From contig NW_008806280.1 of the NCBI RefSeq assembly GCF_000400465.1, positions 180,001-212,000 on the forward strand: 32,000 bases of DNA, given 5' to 3'. The notes under the pieces are model-generated. The model was not told the DNA's origin and did no database searches. It saw nothing but the letters and a program-made list of their open reading frames with translations. A program made the position numbers and the translations under genes. This document shows, in pieces, positions 1-10,423 of this stretch. Origin of the DNA: Wallemia ichthyophaga EXF-994. Lineage: Eukaryota; Fungi; Basidiomycota. Numbering within the stretch: the stretch's first letter is position 1; each line of letters starts with the position of its first letter.

Positions 1-71
1 CTTGTGTGTTGCACAAATAATAAATCAACACTGATTCACAGTACTCACTACTATACTCTTTTTGAGGCCAT
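1..71 (-). other. Possible first exon and intron of a minus-strand gene running off the left edge
   Basis: ACC-ATG-G context at 71, reading MASKR, then GTATAG/GTGAGT donor-like sequence; the rest lies outside the window. An in-frame TAG follows unless GTATAG is used as the donor. Confidence 0.25.
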
Positions 72-1073
72 GGTAAAGAAGCAAATGTGTTGAATGGAGC
101 GTGTTTATTTGACTGGAAAATTTTCAAGTTTCACCATGACCGTTCCACGTGGTCCACATGTTTGTGTCACCAAACATACATACTATCTTCAGCTCTGCAG
201 CTCTAACTAATTTTCAATTACTCTTTCAACCCCATTATTTTAAACTTTGAAATGCACCTTGTCTACCCAAACCCCCGATTTCACAGTTTTGATGACCCCC
301 ACTTCTCTATAGCTAGTTCTCTTCTTCAAATTATAAAGTGAGGCGAAATCGCAATAACAGTTCCCTTGTGCCATGTTCGAGTCCTGTAGACGCCACGCAT
401 GTAAACCGTTTGTCGCAGATATTGAGCCGAATAACTGATATTTTTAGGTATTTGTAGTATCCAAAATGCATAATGCTTTGGATTCATCTATTAAGCGCGT
501 TAAATCCTCTGTATCTATCATACAGGTGCTTCAGAGTGATTTCGGACCATTGCTTCCGACCAGCGTGTAGGGCGCAAGTCGGAGCTCCAGGGATCTAACT
601 CTGACAAAATCATACTCATCTAATCCAGAGCAACCAAGGAACCTCTTTTATTTGGAGATCGTCAAAAGTCGTAAATCACCATCTAAGATGGTGGATATTG
701 AGCGTAGGGTTGAGATGAGGACTTACTTGAAATGCTGAAATTGTCATACTAATGATGGTCTTGCTAGACTGTTCAAATTGGCAATAAATGGTATCCTTGC
801 GTTCACCTTCTCACTTTATTGGCTATTTGTAGGTTGAGCTGAGCATATTCAATGAAATGGATAGAGCTGCACTATCTATAAAATTCTAAAGAGCTGTAGC
901 ACACATTCAAACCCGTCTGCTATCCTTTGAAATCGGTGATTTAAGTCGCAGATAAAGTATTTCCGCATCACAAAGAGGGCAGAGTTGTTGAAATGAGTTC
1001 ATACATTTGAAGATAACTCGTTAAAGCAAATAAACATGAGACATTAAAAAACTGGTTAGACAGTACATGTAAG

Positions 1074-2725
1074 TCACACATATCTTCTCCCTTCTTGCAG
1101 CTTGCTAATGATGGTGGGATGTTCATATTTCCAATATGATCCATCTGGGTAAGTATATTTTTCGATCGATTCCTGATGCATTTCGATGCTATTGTGGGAA
1201 TGTGAGACTAGCAATGGGAATCCAAAACAACCCACCTATATCCACAACTTTTGTCCAGAGGTGCATTATATCTGCCATGTGAATTGACGCTTACCGGATA
1301 CTTGAAGTGTTCGTGTAGATGGTCGACCCACTCGACAACGTTGCGATCGAATGTGGGTGCTATGGAAATGAAATCGATCATGGACAAGTGAACAACGTAT
1401 TCACACAACCCGACACCACCAGCATGAGGACATACTTGAGAGTATTGAGTGTTAGTGAAGTGCGAGATTGAGGCTGAAACGATTTTGCCTACCTGGTACA
1501 CCGAACTTGGCAGCCAACAGCATCACTGCTAGGCATTCATTAACTCCAGCGAGACGACATGCATCTATTTGGAGAACATCTATAGCTCCTGCTTGAAGAA
1601 GCTGCTTGAATAGAACCCTGTTTGCGCAGTGTTCTCCAGTAGCTACTCCGATTCCGATATCTTTCAACCCTTTGCGTATTCTAGCATGACCCAAGACATC
1701 ATCAGGCATTGTGGGTTCTTCAATGAACCATGGTTTACATTGCTCGAGTTTCTTGACGTACGCTATAGCCTCTTCGACATCCCAAACTTGGTTTGCATCA
1801 ATCATTAAGACGTTGCCTGTGAATCAACGTGAGCAGGATAGACCAATTGCTTCTCAACTCACCAGTGGGACCTGCATTCTTCCCTTCAATAGTCTTAGCG
1901 TGTACCCGCTTATCCTTGTTCTGATACTGAGGATCGTCGATGATATCTCTGATCACCTTGGCTCGAGCCAAGTCATCATCCACTGAAACGCCGACTTTAA
2001 GTTTAAAATGGTTGAAGCCAAGATCGAGTGCCTCTTTTGTGAGTCTCTGAACCTTGTCGGTGGTGTAACCCATCCAACCGACACTAGTAGAATAAGCTCT
2101 TAAACCTTCTTGTAAAGCTCTTTTCTCGCGCTCAGTTTTGGTTGACTGCCTCTCGTGCAGCATTTGGACAGCTTCTTCAGGTGTAAGAGCATCGCTGAGG
2201 TATTTGAGAGAGCTACACTTGACAATCTCTTCAGGAGTCATGTCAACGATAAGCTTCCACAGAGGCTTATTGCGAGATCTAGCGTACATATCCCAAACAG
2301 CATTGGCTACAGCCCCAGTCGCAAGATGAATAACACCCTTTTCTGGACCAATCCATCGAAGTTGACTGTCTGAGGTCAGAAGCTCCCACATAGCACCCAT
2401 GTCAGAGAAAAGGCTCTCTATAGGCATACCGACGAGCTTATCTGAGAGCTGTTTGATAGCTTCGATGACTATATCGTTTCCTTTACCGATAGTGAAAGTC
2501 ATTCCAAATCCTTTGAGGGTATCAGAGGCAGCAGCATTAGAATCAGCATTGGGAGTAGTATTGAGGATGACATAAGCAGCAGAGTAATTGCAATCAGTGT
2601 TCATTGCGTCAGTGCCATCGCTGAGACGCGGTTGAGATAAGAGGGAGATGTGTAGGAACAACGCACCCAGAGAGAGAGGTGGGAAAGCGAATATCGTGAG
2701 TAGAATAGCCAGTAATAATAGACAT
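1074..2725 (-). CDS. Enolase-superfamily (mandelate racemase subgroup) acid-sugar dehydratase, L-galactonate/L-fuconate dehydratase (ENOSF1/lgd1-like), ~484 aa
   Basis: Exons 2725-2667, 2620-1863, 1816-1493, 1434-1236, 1188-1074 (1455 nt). N-terminus [33 protein letters not shown]; KxK motif (FKLKVG); metal ligands in MIDANQ, FIEEP, ATGEH; PHAGGVGL. Substrate cannot be fixed from sequence. Confidence 0.92.
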
Positions 2726-3057
2726 GCTTGTGATAATGATGGTTGAGGTTCCTGTCGATTGCGCTTAAATAGGCGGTGCTTCGTGGCATCATTCGACCGA
2801 GAGATAATCGGGGTTGATTAAGGGCTGAATTGAATTATAATCTTGATTTTGCGAACGATAGGATTTAATTTGATATTTAATAGCAGATGATATCTGCTGG
2901 AGTCGGTTGAATGATGGGACGAAGAGGTAGCAGCCAGTAAGGAGTAATCTATGACATTGAAATGACGCAGTACTACTCAATGAGCACGATAAGAATTTGA
3001 ATAATCGTACGACATCGTTGCTCTCTTGAACATAACACATCACAGTGAATTAGAATT

Positions 3058-3902
3058 ATGAAATTTATTTTGGTAGCTATAGCCGCGTTAATCGCTAATA
3101 CCGTGGCTACTATCGACTTAGTCAAAACACGTATCCACGGTGTGGATGAATTGGGTTCGGATGTCCATCACTCGTCTTTTGGCAGCAGCGTGCAGTTGGA
3201 GCGAGACGCGAATGTGCAATACACCTTCTACACAGCTGCAGATGGAGACACAGTCACACCACACAAATCCATCATCAGCTTCATCGATTACGCAACTGGG
3301 CAGTACTGGGAAGACGTCGTTAGTATTCGAGATTCTGATGGCAGGGGTAGATACACGTTGAGAACAGTCAAATTCCCACTCAAAGCGAGCAACTGTCTTG
3401 TTAGGTTGTTCGTCGCAGCCAATGGCGAAAGCAGCGCATTTGATATTGGCACGCTTTCTTTTTCTGAAGACGCAGCAGCGGAAACAACAACCGAAAGCAA
3501 GACACCAGAAAAATCTATCCTTGCACCACTCCCTGAGATAACACACACATTCAAAACTGAACCAAAACATACACCTCTAGCTATCAGTGGGTTGGCTGCT
3601 ATATTCATCAATGGATTACCTTTGCTTGTGCTTCTAGGAGCTGTAAGTTAAGCGTGTGATGTTTAATCTCAACTAACGTAACACCCCCTCAGATATCATA
3701 CATCCCGCTCAACCTCAGACAATCTCACAGCAATCTCGCTTTCATTGGCACTATAATAGCCTTTGAAGGTCTCCTGCTTACATACTGGGTCAAGCTGACA
3801 CTATTTCAATTCATACCATTCGCTGTGCTCAACGGTCTTGCTCTCTTCGTATCGGGAAATCGAGCTTTAAGAGTATTAAAGAAGAGGCGCGAGGTAGCGT
3901 AA
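3058..3902 (+). CDS. SWP1: Oligosaccharyltransferase subunit Swp1 / ribophorin II, ~264 aa
   Basis: Exons 3058-3642 and 3693-3902 (intron GTAAGT..CTAAC..CAG). Signal peptide MKFILVAIAALIA; family motif LAPLPEITHTFKTEPK; three C-terminal hydrophobic segments ending GNRALRVLKKRREVA. Confidence 0.85.
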
Positions 3903-3958
3903 AACATTTGTATTTCATTTACTCAAAATGCATTGATACTCTTCTCACCGCACTTTCA

Positions 3959-4762
3959 ATGTCCACTTGGAGAACAATCGCAGCGCTGCCGGAGCATCTG
4001 CAGCCAGTCGGCAGTGAAACTATAGACAGACTGCGATTCATGCATCTCATCGAATATGCCAAAACACAAAAGAGAACTGGCTGGCTGAGAAGTGGCGTGA
4101 ATGGTGCAGAGAGTATCAGCGACCATATGTGGAGAATGTCGATAATGAGTTTGGTGTGTGCTGACGAACGCATCGATCACATCAAGTAGGCTGCTATCAT
4201 TACACTTAGGCCATTTCTAATGCCCCCTTAGAGCTTCGCAGATGGCCATAGTCCACGATATAGCTGAATGCATGTGAGGATGGCCTGATTAGCAAAAAAT
4301 ATTGGCCTCGCTTACTCTTCCTCTTTATAGTGTCGGTGACATAGCCCCTTCTGATAACATAACAAAACCAGTGAAGAATAATCTTGAAAGGGTGCGTTAC
4401 ATTTACGTCGTGCCATAATCTCACCAGCCTCATAGCAAGCTATGAATGACATAGTGCATAAATATCTCCATGGAAGTTATCAGGCGAGATACTTGATGGC
4501 TATTTGGGAGGTGAGTGTTCAAAACACTCATTGCGTCATTCACATTACGCAGGAATACGAGCAGCAGTCTTCCGCTGAATCCACCTTTGTCAAAGATCTC
4601 GACAGACTTGAAATGTGTCTGCAGGCATTCGAATACGAAAGGATACAAAACATCAATCTAAACGGTTTTTATACATCACTAGAAAGCATTAAAAACGATC
4701 AAGTAAGAATATATGCGGAGCTGCTGATCCAAGAAAGGAAACATTTGTTCAATATTACTTGA
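3959..4762 (+). CDS. HD-domain 5'-deoxynucleotidase (HDDC2/YGK1/YBR242W family), ~204 aa
   Basis: Exons 3959-4185, 4232-4273, 4331-4391, 4436-4510, 4553-4762 (615 nt). Motifs KRTGW, ESISDHMWRM, VHDIAECIVGDI, FVKDLDRLEM. Confidence 0.92.
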
Positions 4763-4768
4763 TAGCAT

Positions 4769-7720
4769 CTACTTATCATTCCCGTCGACTTGATTGGCGT
4801 CATCGATTGCCTCCTCTATAATAGCCCCAGCTTCCCGTGTGGCTAACCATGCCTCTTCTGTCTTTGTGAGATTTTCTGCAGCTGCTACACCCTTTAATAT
4901 ACTAAGTTCACGTTTCTTGTGTTCTGTGCGACGAAGTTGACGGAGCATAAAGTCCTTGATGGAGATGAGTGGTGTGTCATTGGGAATTCTCGGTAGAGTC
5001 TGCTACTGTTAGCTCAACAAGTGCCGTCAATATTCAGCCTACCTCTAAGAAATTGAGATGCAAAGCTTGTGATCCTAGTAATGATGCTATCTCAGCAGAA
5101 AACACATCTCCATCAGCCATATAAACGTCCAATAAGATCCGCAAGAGGTGGCTTCGTAAAGGCGGCGCCACTGCCACCATTGAAGTGCGTGCCAGAGCAA
5201 CGAGCCAACAGTTGGAGAGGTGCGAATTGTCTATGCACTTTCTCGCCAAGCTACCGCTCAATATATAACCAGGAAAGGCGCAATAATGCTGCGATGTAAA
5301 TGTGTCTCTCAAGTTCCTTGCTAGTATATTTAAAGCTGCACTATGTTGCTCGAGCTGTGAATGGGCGTTAGCATGAGGTTGTCACACTTGCATGCTAAAC
5401 ACTTACCTTTCCAAGAATTACAGCCTTCTCGAATAACAACGTGCTCTCAGTGAAAGGGTGTAAAGCTGTTTCAATAGAATTCCAGTCAAGGTCGCTGGCC
5501 ATCTGTAAAAAAAGGAGTAATTTGAGACGAGAGATGATAGCATTCTTGGTCATTGGAGAGATTTCAGTGGTATCCAAAACTGCTGTGACATATTGAGCGT
5601 ATGACTGATCGTGCTTCTGCAACTTGTACTCCTCAATCAATCTCCACATATCCCCACTTATGTTACTGTCCTTCAATGCTTCGACGACATTCCCAATGAG
5701 CATGTCAAGAAGAGCCTGTCGCATTCCCGTATCTTCTCTGTTGCGCGCCAAGACGAGAATCTCAAGGTACTCCTGCTCAGCCACCTTGTCAGTCCGCCCA
5801 AGGGCTTCAAGTAATATTCCTTCGTCGATCGAAGTTCGCGGATGAGACGACAGCACTTGCAGACCAGCATTCCTGTCATACAAAATGAGCCATAAGCCGT
5901 ACTCAAGTAATAGATCCGCCTCTTCGACTCTGTTCAACAGCCGTATGATATCCCTAAGTGGATCAACCACGTCCTTATCAACGATTGTTTGTTCAATAAA
6001 TCTTTTGTGTATTTTGATAGCCTCTTTGATGTCTCCATGAGATTCATAGAGGCGGGATAGTGCAGCGTATCTGCCATATCTGGTGAACCAAGGCTCAGCA
6101 ATGGGTAGCAAGATGTTGTTGGAATTGTTTATAAACACGTTCAAAGCATTCCTATCTTTATCCGACCTCTCAGCAAATATAATAGCCAAGCACGTATCTA
6201 AAATCATGTCTGTATATGACTCTGATTCATGATAAGTCGCCTGCCTTGCTCGCCTCCTCCGTCTATGCTCCTTGCTGAGACATTCAAGTAGCATGCTTCT
6301 TGCATTTTCCATCAATGAGTCGTAAAGTTGTCGAACTGGCTCGTCGCTCTCAACGTTTAAATACGGCGAGTAGTTTTTTTCAAGATTGCCAACGATAAGG
6401 TCTTTTATTGTACGAGGTATATTTTCAATAAGATTGGCAATCCCCAAAGGAATCTTGACAAACTCATCCGGGTCGAATAAACCAGCGGTGAGGTCAGGAA
6501 ACCAGCTGAGGATGAGGCGAATGTCACATTGGGATTTAGAGAATAGAGCAGAGGCATCACTGAAGGATGTCGATCTAAATAGCTGGAGGGCTGCGTAAAG
6601 GTGAATGTAGTAACTTTCGAGTGAATCTGTAGGCAGACTGTTGGCGAGAGATAACGCCTGCTGTCTGGCGTTGTCGTTCTCCATATCCAGGAGGTATATT
6701 GATTGGTCGAAGATTGAGGGAGGAATGAAAGCGTGTATGCTGCCAGTGTCAGTTGCCAAGATGACTTGGGTCGATTCAAGCTGGGAAGAGGAGTTTGAAG
6801 GGCGGTTTGAAGCGTTTGAGTAGTCTACAGAGGTATTCAACAAAGGAAAAGAAACAAAGTGTAGCTGATTGGGTATTGATTGAGGAATGCTTAGACCGAG
6901 TGGAGTGGATTGGAGGAACATGGGATGTAAATGAGATAGGGATAGAGAATGAATAAGAGAATGTGTAATTGTGGAGTGGATCTGCAGAGTGTTGTTGCTC
7001 AGAAGGGTGAATAAGTGAGGGGATTGGTGCACAATGGATTTTATGGTTGAAGGGAATTGAAGAGGGCCGTGTTTGGGTTCACCAGAGTACGAGTCGATGA
7101 AGACACCAACAGCACCCAAATCGTTATGCGTAATCATTAAAAACTCGTCAGCGTCATCGATAGAGGTGATGGACGGAGAGCCTTCAAAGGGCAATAAGGG
7201 GAGGAGTACGGAGTTAGTGAGGTTGAGGAGGCTATACGTGTTTGCAGTATCAGCCAAGCAAATGACGTCATTGTTTATAGCTGAGTCTAAGTGAAGAGAA
7301 GGCAAAGGTAGTTCGTTGATGACGGTGAGTCTTGGACTGAGTTTGAGACGACCGATGCTGGACTGTCTGATGACTACGATTGAGTTGCTAGATTGAAGGA
7401 GTTTAATAACGTTTCTGATATTTGATTTCTGTGGGTTGTAGCCGTTCAAGTGGTATAAGACACCATCTGTATCGAGCATAACGAGCGAATTGTTGAATTG
7501 TAGAATCTGTTTAGGCGTAAAATCGAGGTTGATGTTATTGTACGTGTTATGCCTATAAGACTGGAATTGAAGCTGATTGGTCGATCCAACAATCAGCGAA
7601 TCATCTGCAAGCTGGGTCAGGGATGCAGAGGATGTAGCAATAGAACCGACTAAAATGGTACAAGATATTTATTGGTTTCGTTGTGTTTGTGAAATTATTC
7701 AGCTTGAATGGCTTGAGCAT
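4769..7720 (-). CDS. Vps39/Vam6/TGFBRAP1(Vps3)-family vesicle-tethering subunit (CNH-like N-terminus plus clathrin-repeat-like helical region), ~936 aa
   Basis: Exons 7720-7651, 7604-5407, 5354-5043, 4999-4769 (2811 nt). Long ORF 5395-7479 extended by splicing. N-terminus MLKPFKL..INILYHFNDSLIVGS resembles fungal Vam6-family starts; helical repeats such as WLILYDRNAGLQVL and EQEYLEILVL; LLFEKAVILGK-LEQHSAALNIL. No C-terminal Zn finger seen. Start at 7720 depends on predicted intron 7605-7650. Confidence 0.8.
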
Positions 7721-8118
7721 CTGATGGTCGTTGGTTGTTAAGCCATACGCTATATTGCTGCCTATGTAACGCTTGAATTACATCTTGGTGCTTTATAGAC
7801 TCTCTAAACTTAGGTTCCATCAGTAAATCCAAGTTGTGTAAGCAGTGCGGGTATGTTATGAATTTGATGTATTCGGGACTATTTATAAAGATCAGCTGGT
7901 TTATCTAAAACACCTTAAATTACCCACTCCCTCCAATAATTCAGGTACTTAATATATTTTATAAACTCCGGCTTATCAAAGTACCCTTGCTGGGCTAATG
8001 CGTGGAGATAGAATGGATGGGCCAGTGACTGCACAAACTCAAGCTCAATCTCAAATTTATTTCTATTTTCTGTTTTCTGTTTGTCTTGTGTATCATGTGT
8101 CTCTTTCTCCCCTTCCAT
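7695..8118 (-). CDS. MED31: Mediator subunit 31 (Soh1), ~124 aa
   Basis: Exons 8118-7928 and 7878-7695 (375 nt). Hallmark [52 protein letters not shown]; stop TAA at 7697-7695. Confidence 0.93.
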
Positions 8119-8172
8119 TTGTTGTTCCCCAGTGATGGTGATGGTTCAATCAATACATGTACGTTTACATCT

Positions 8173-10304
8173 TTATTCTTCTCCCTCTGCTTCCAAATCT
8201 AGTCCTACCAACTTGGGCGATGGCGGGAGTGGTTTACTCCACCTCTCCTCACTCGATACCTTGGGTGTTTCTCCTTCCGTCATCCCGAGCATCTCCTCCA
8301 GCTCTTTCTGTGCTTGATCCCACCTTCTCAACGAATCTTCTACAGGCGACCTCTCCTGTACAACTGTCTCTTGTGTTTTGTCATCACTCGACCTTCCTTC
8401 CCTCTCCTCGTTGTACTCTCCCCCTTTCACCTCTTTCTCATTTTGCTCCAAATCCACTTCCGTCTCTACCCGCCTCAATCCCTCTACCCCATTTGATTCT
8501 CCACTGTCTTCATCTTCATCCGATGAGCTAACGTCATCTACGTTGTACCCAAACGCAAGACTTGATCCCCTTGGTGCGATTATTGGTGCAGTTCTCTCGG
8601 GCTGTTTTTCTGATAACTGTGTATTTACCGTCGGTGTAATACCTGTGCTAACATATCCAACCGTCTCTGTCGGTGAGCGCAGCGTATCCAGCCACTCATC
8701 TTCACTGTCCTTTTGTGTAGCCTCTCGCCCAAGCGCTGCTTCATACATCCCGCTCCCTCCGTCGTCGAGATGATCATCTGTGCTTGAAGCATTCGCATTA
8801 GTTTTCTTCCTTATCCACCCCCTCCTATCTCGTCTCTTGTTTAATAACTTTTCTGTAAAGGGTGAGATACTCGATGTTCTTTGTGTTGATCTGAAAAGCA
8901 AACTTGTTCCTGAACTTGATGTCGATTGTTCATTTTGTACATCCCCAATATAGCTTCGACGTATTATCCTACCTAACCTCTCAACCCGGTCCTGACTTGT
9001 GTCAGATGCACGTATTGATGATACTACCAGTGACATCTGCTGCAGCCGCGGTATTGGACTAAAGGCACTTGTTTTGGGTTGCGTAGAGCTAGCCGCTATT
9101 GCTGCTGCTGTTGACGGTAGTGAATCTGGTATACTTTGGTAAGCAGACTTTAACGAACTAAGTGACTGCTTCGACTGTGGTCCCGATGTAGGTGTTACAG
9201 GTACAGCCTCATCGCATAAATCCATAAATAACCTCTCTAATTTTCCAAATAGTGGTATAATCAACTGATCTCTGAAACCCTTTATCACTGACTTGCGCAC
9301 ATTCATCACTGACGGTAATAACGCCACCTTGCTCGTTGATTCGTCGTTATACGACAGATTATGACTCGATCCATCCCCCGTTTTCGCAGAGTTTGCTGTT
9401 GATGATTTTGCTAGTGCCTGAATATGTGTATCTGTGCTATACGGTAGAAATACTCCTTCAAGAAGAGGTAAAACCTGACCGAAGAAGAATGTCCTGTTGT
9501 GAGCCCACTCAGTTGAGGTATTCTGATATGAAATTTAAGTCACCCTACCAAATTTCAACGGTACGTGTCGCAAAACGATCAGTACTCTCATCGACATGTT
9601 GAACAAGCTTGGCTCGAAGCGTAAGCATGCCAATACTGATCAGGTTGTTAAAATCAGTGGAAAGGCTTTCAATCACGCGCGATGGTTTTGAGCGAGCGAT
9701 AGTGTCTCTGATATGAATAATGACCAACGCGTTTAAATCTTCCAAAGATGTTATCTGCGTATGCGTCAATACGTCGACGTCGAGTGATAGAGAAAATGGA
9801 TTATAAAAGAACCATCAAACTCACCATGTTCTCGCCATTGAACAATGGCAGTACTTTGACGCATATCGCCTGCCAGGAATCGCCGTGGAGCTCAATGGCA
9901 CTAGCTATATCCTTACCCAAGCCGCCCTTGGCAGTGCTAGAGCTATTGCCACTACCACCAAACGCAGCGCTGTTGGAGGTTGCTGGAGCGTGCGAGAAAG
10001 AGGGTGACGTTTGATTGTACTTGCTGGAATTTCCTGGCTTTGATGACGCCAATTTGTGGAAAGTGCGATGAACTCTGGGTGAATGATGGATAGTGTGTGA
10101 GTGAGTTGAAGGATTTGGGGAACTGGGATTTGTTATTGGAGCTGAAATGCTGTTTGGATCGAGCTTCCGGCTGCTCGATGGGCTGGCAGGCGGCACATTC
10201 AGCAGCTGCGATCTCGATGGCGTTGAAGATGGAAATAGAGATGGTGAGATATTTGCAGATGAGTTTGGTATATTAAGCCGCAAATCACTCGGCTTGGTCG
10301 GCAT
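8173..10304 (-). CDS. HbrB-domain protein (TORC2-associated Bit61/PRR5-Protor-like), ~668 aa
   Basis: Exons 10304-9825, 9754-9549, 9493-8173 (2007 nt). HbrB motifs WQAICVKVLPLFNGE, LEDLNALVIIHI, WTFFFGQVLPLLEGVFLP, GFRDQLIIP; S/P-rich N-terminus and acidic low-complexity C-terminus. Confidence 0.8.
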
Positions 10305-10423
10305 AGTGGCGGGGAGATGGCTGTGGTAAAGGAGGAAAGAGGACCAGCCAAGGAAATAATTATTATTTACAATTTTGGTATTCTACGCTCAAATCCTTTT
10401 TATCTTCTTGATCCACTCCATCG
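10305..10423. promoter_or_regulatory. 119-bp divergent intergenic region between the HbrB-like gene and SLH1
   Basis: ATGs at 10304 (-) and 10424 (+); purine-rich then pyrimidine-rich flanks around a central AT-rich tract (aataattattatttacaatttt). Confidence 0.55.

Noticed and set aside
338-394. tRNA-like T-loop GTTCGAGTCC followed by TGTAGACGCCA
   Set aside because: The T-stem does not pair unless 14 nt are removed, there is no matching 5' acceptor strand (GGCGTCT) upstream, and no D-arm or anticodon arm is visible. A tRNAscan-SE/Infernal hit would overturn this.
2789-3043. 84-aa minus-strand ORF and 63-aa ORF 2601-2792 in the dehydratase/SWP1 divergent region
   Set aside because: No recognisable motifs. 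The 63-aa ORF is an off-frame read across the true exon 1 and intron 1; the 84-aa ORF lies in the likely shared promoter.
7612-7748. Possible MED31-Vps39 fusion splice (GTATGG at 7748 to CCCAG at 7612, in frame)
   Set aside because: The acceptor lies only a few nt from the CTGAC branch, the intron (137 nt) would be far longer than any other here, and it would remove the conserved MED31 Trp. Still worth a look in junction reads.
8157-8773. Several plus-strand ORFs (124 and 131 aa) antisense to the HbrB-like tail, and similar antisense ORFs in SWP1, CTR9 and RNR1
   Set aside because: Expected shadows of low-complexity or biased coding sequence; no independent motifs or splice support.
9771-9783. 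Overlapping palindromes ACGTCGACGT/TCGACGTCGA in the longest intron (70 nt), and a (GT)n-like tract at 27331-27350
   Set aside because: Short and isolated; no associated structure, target-site duplication or second copy.
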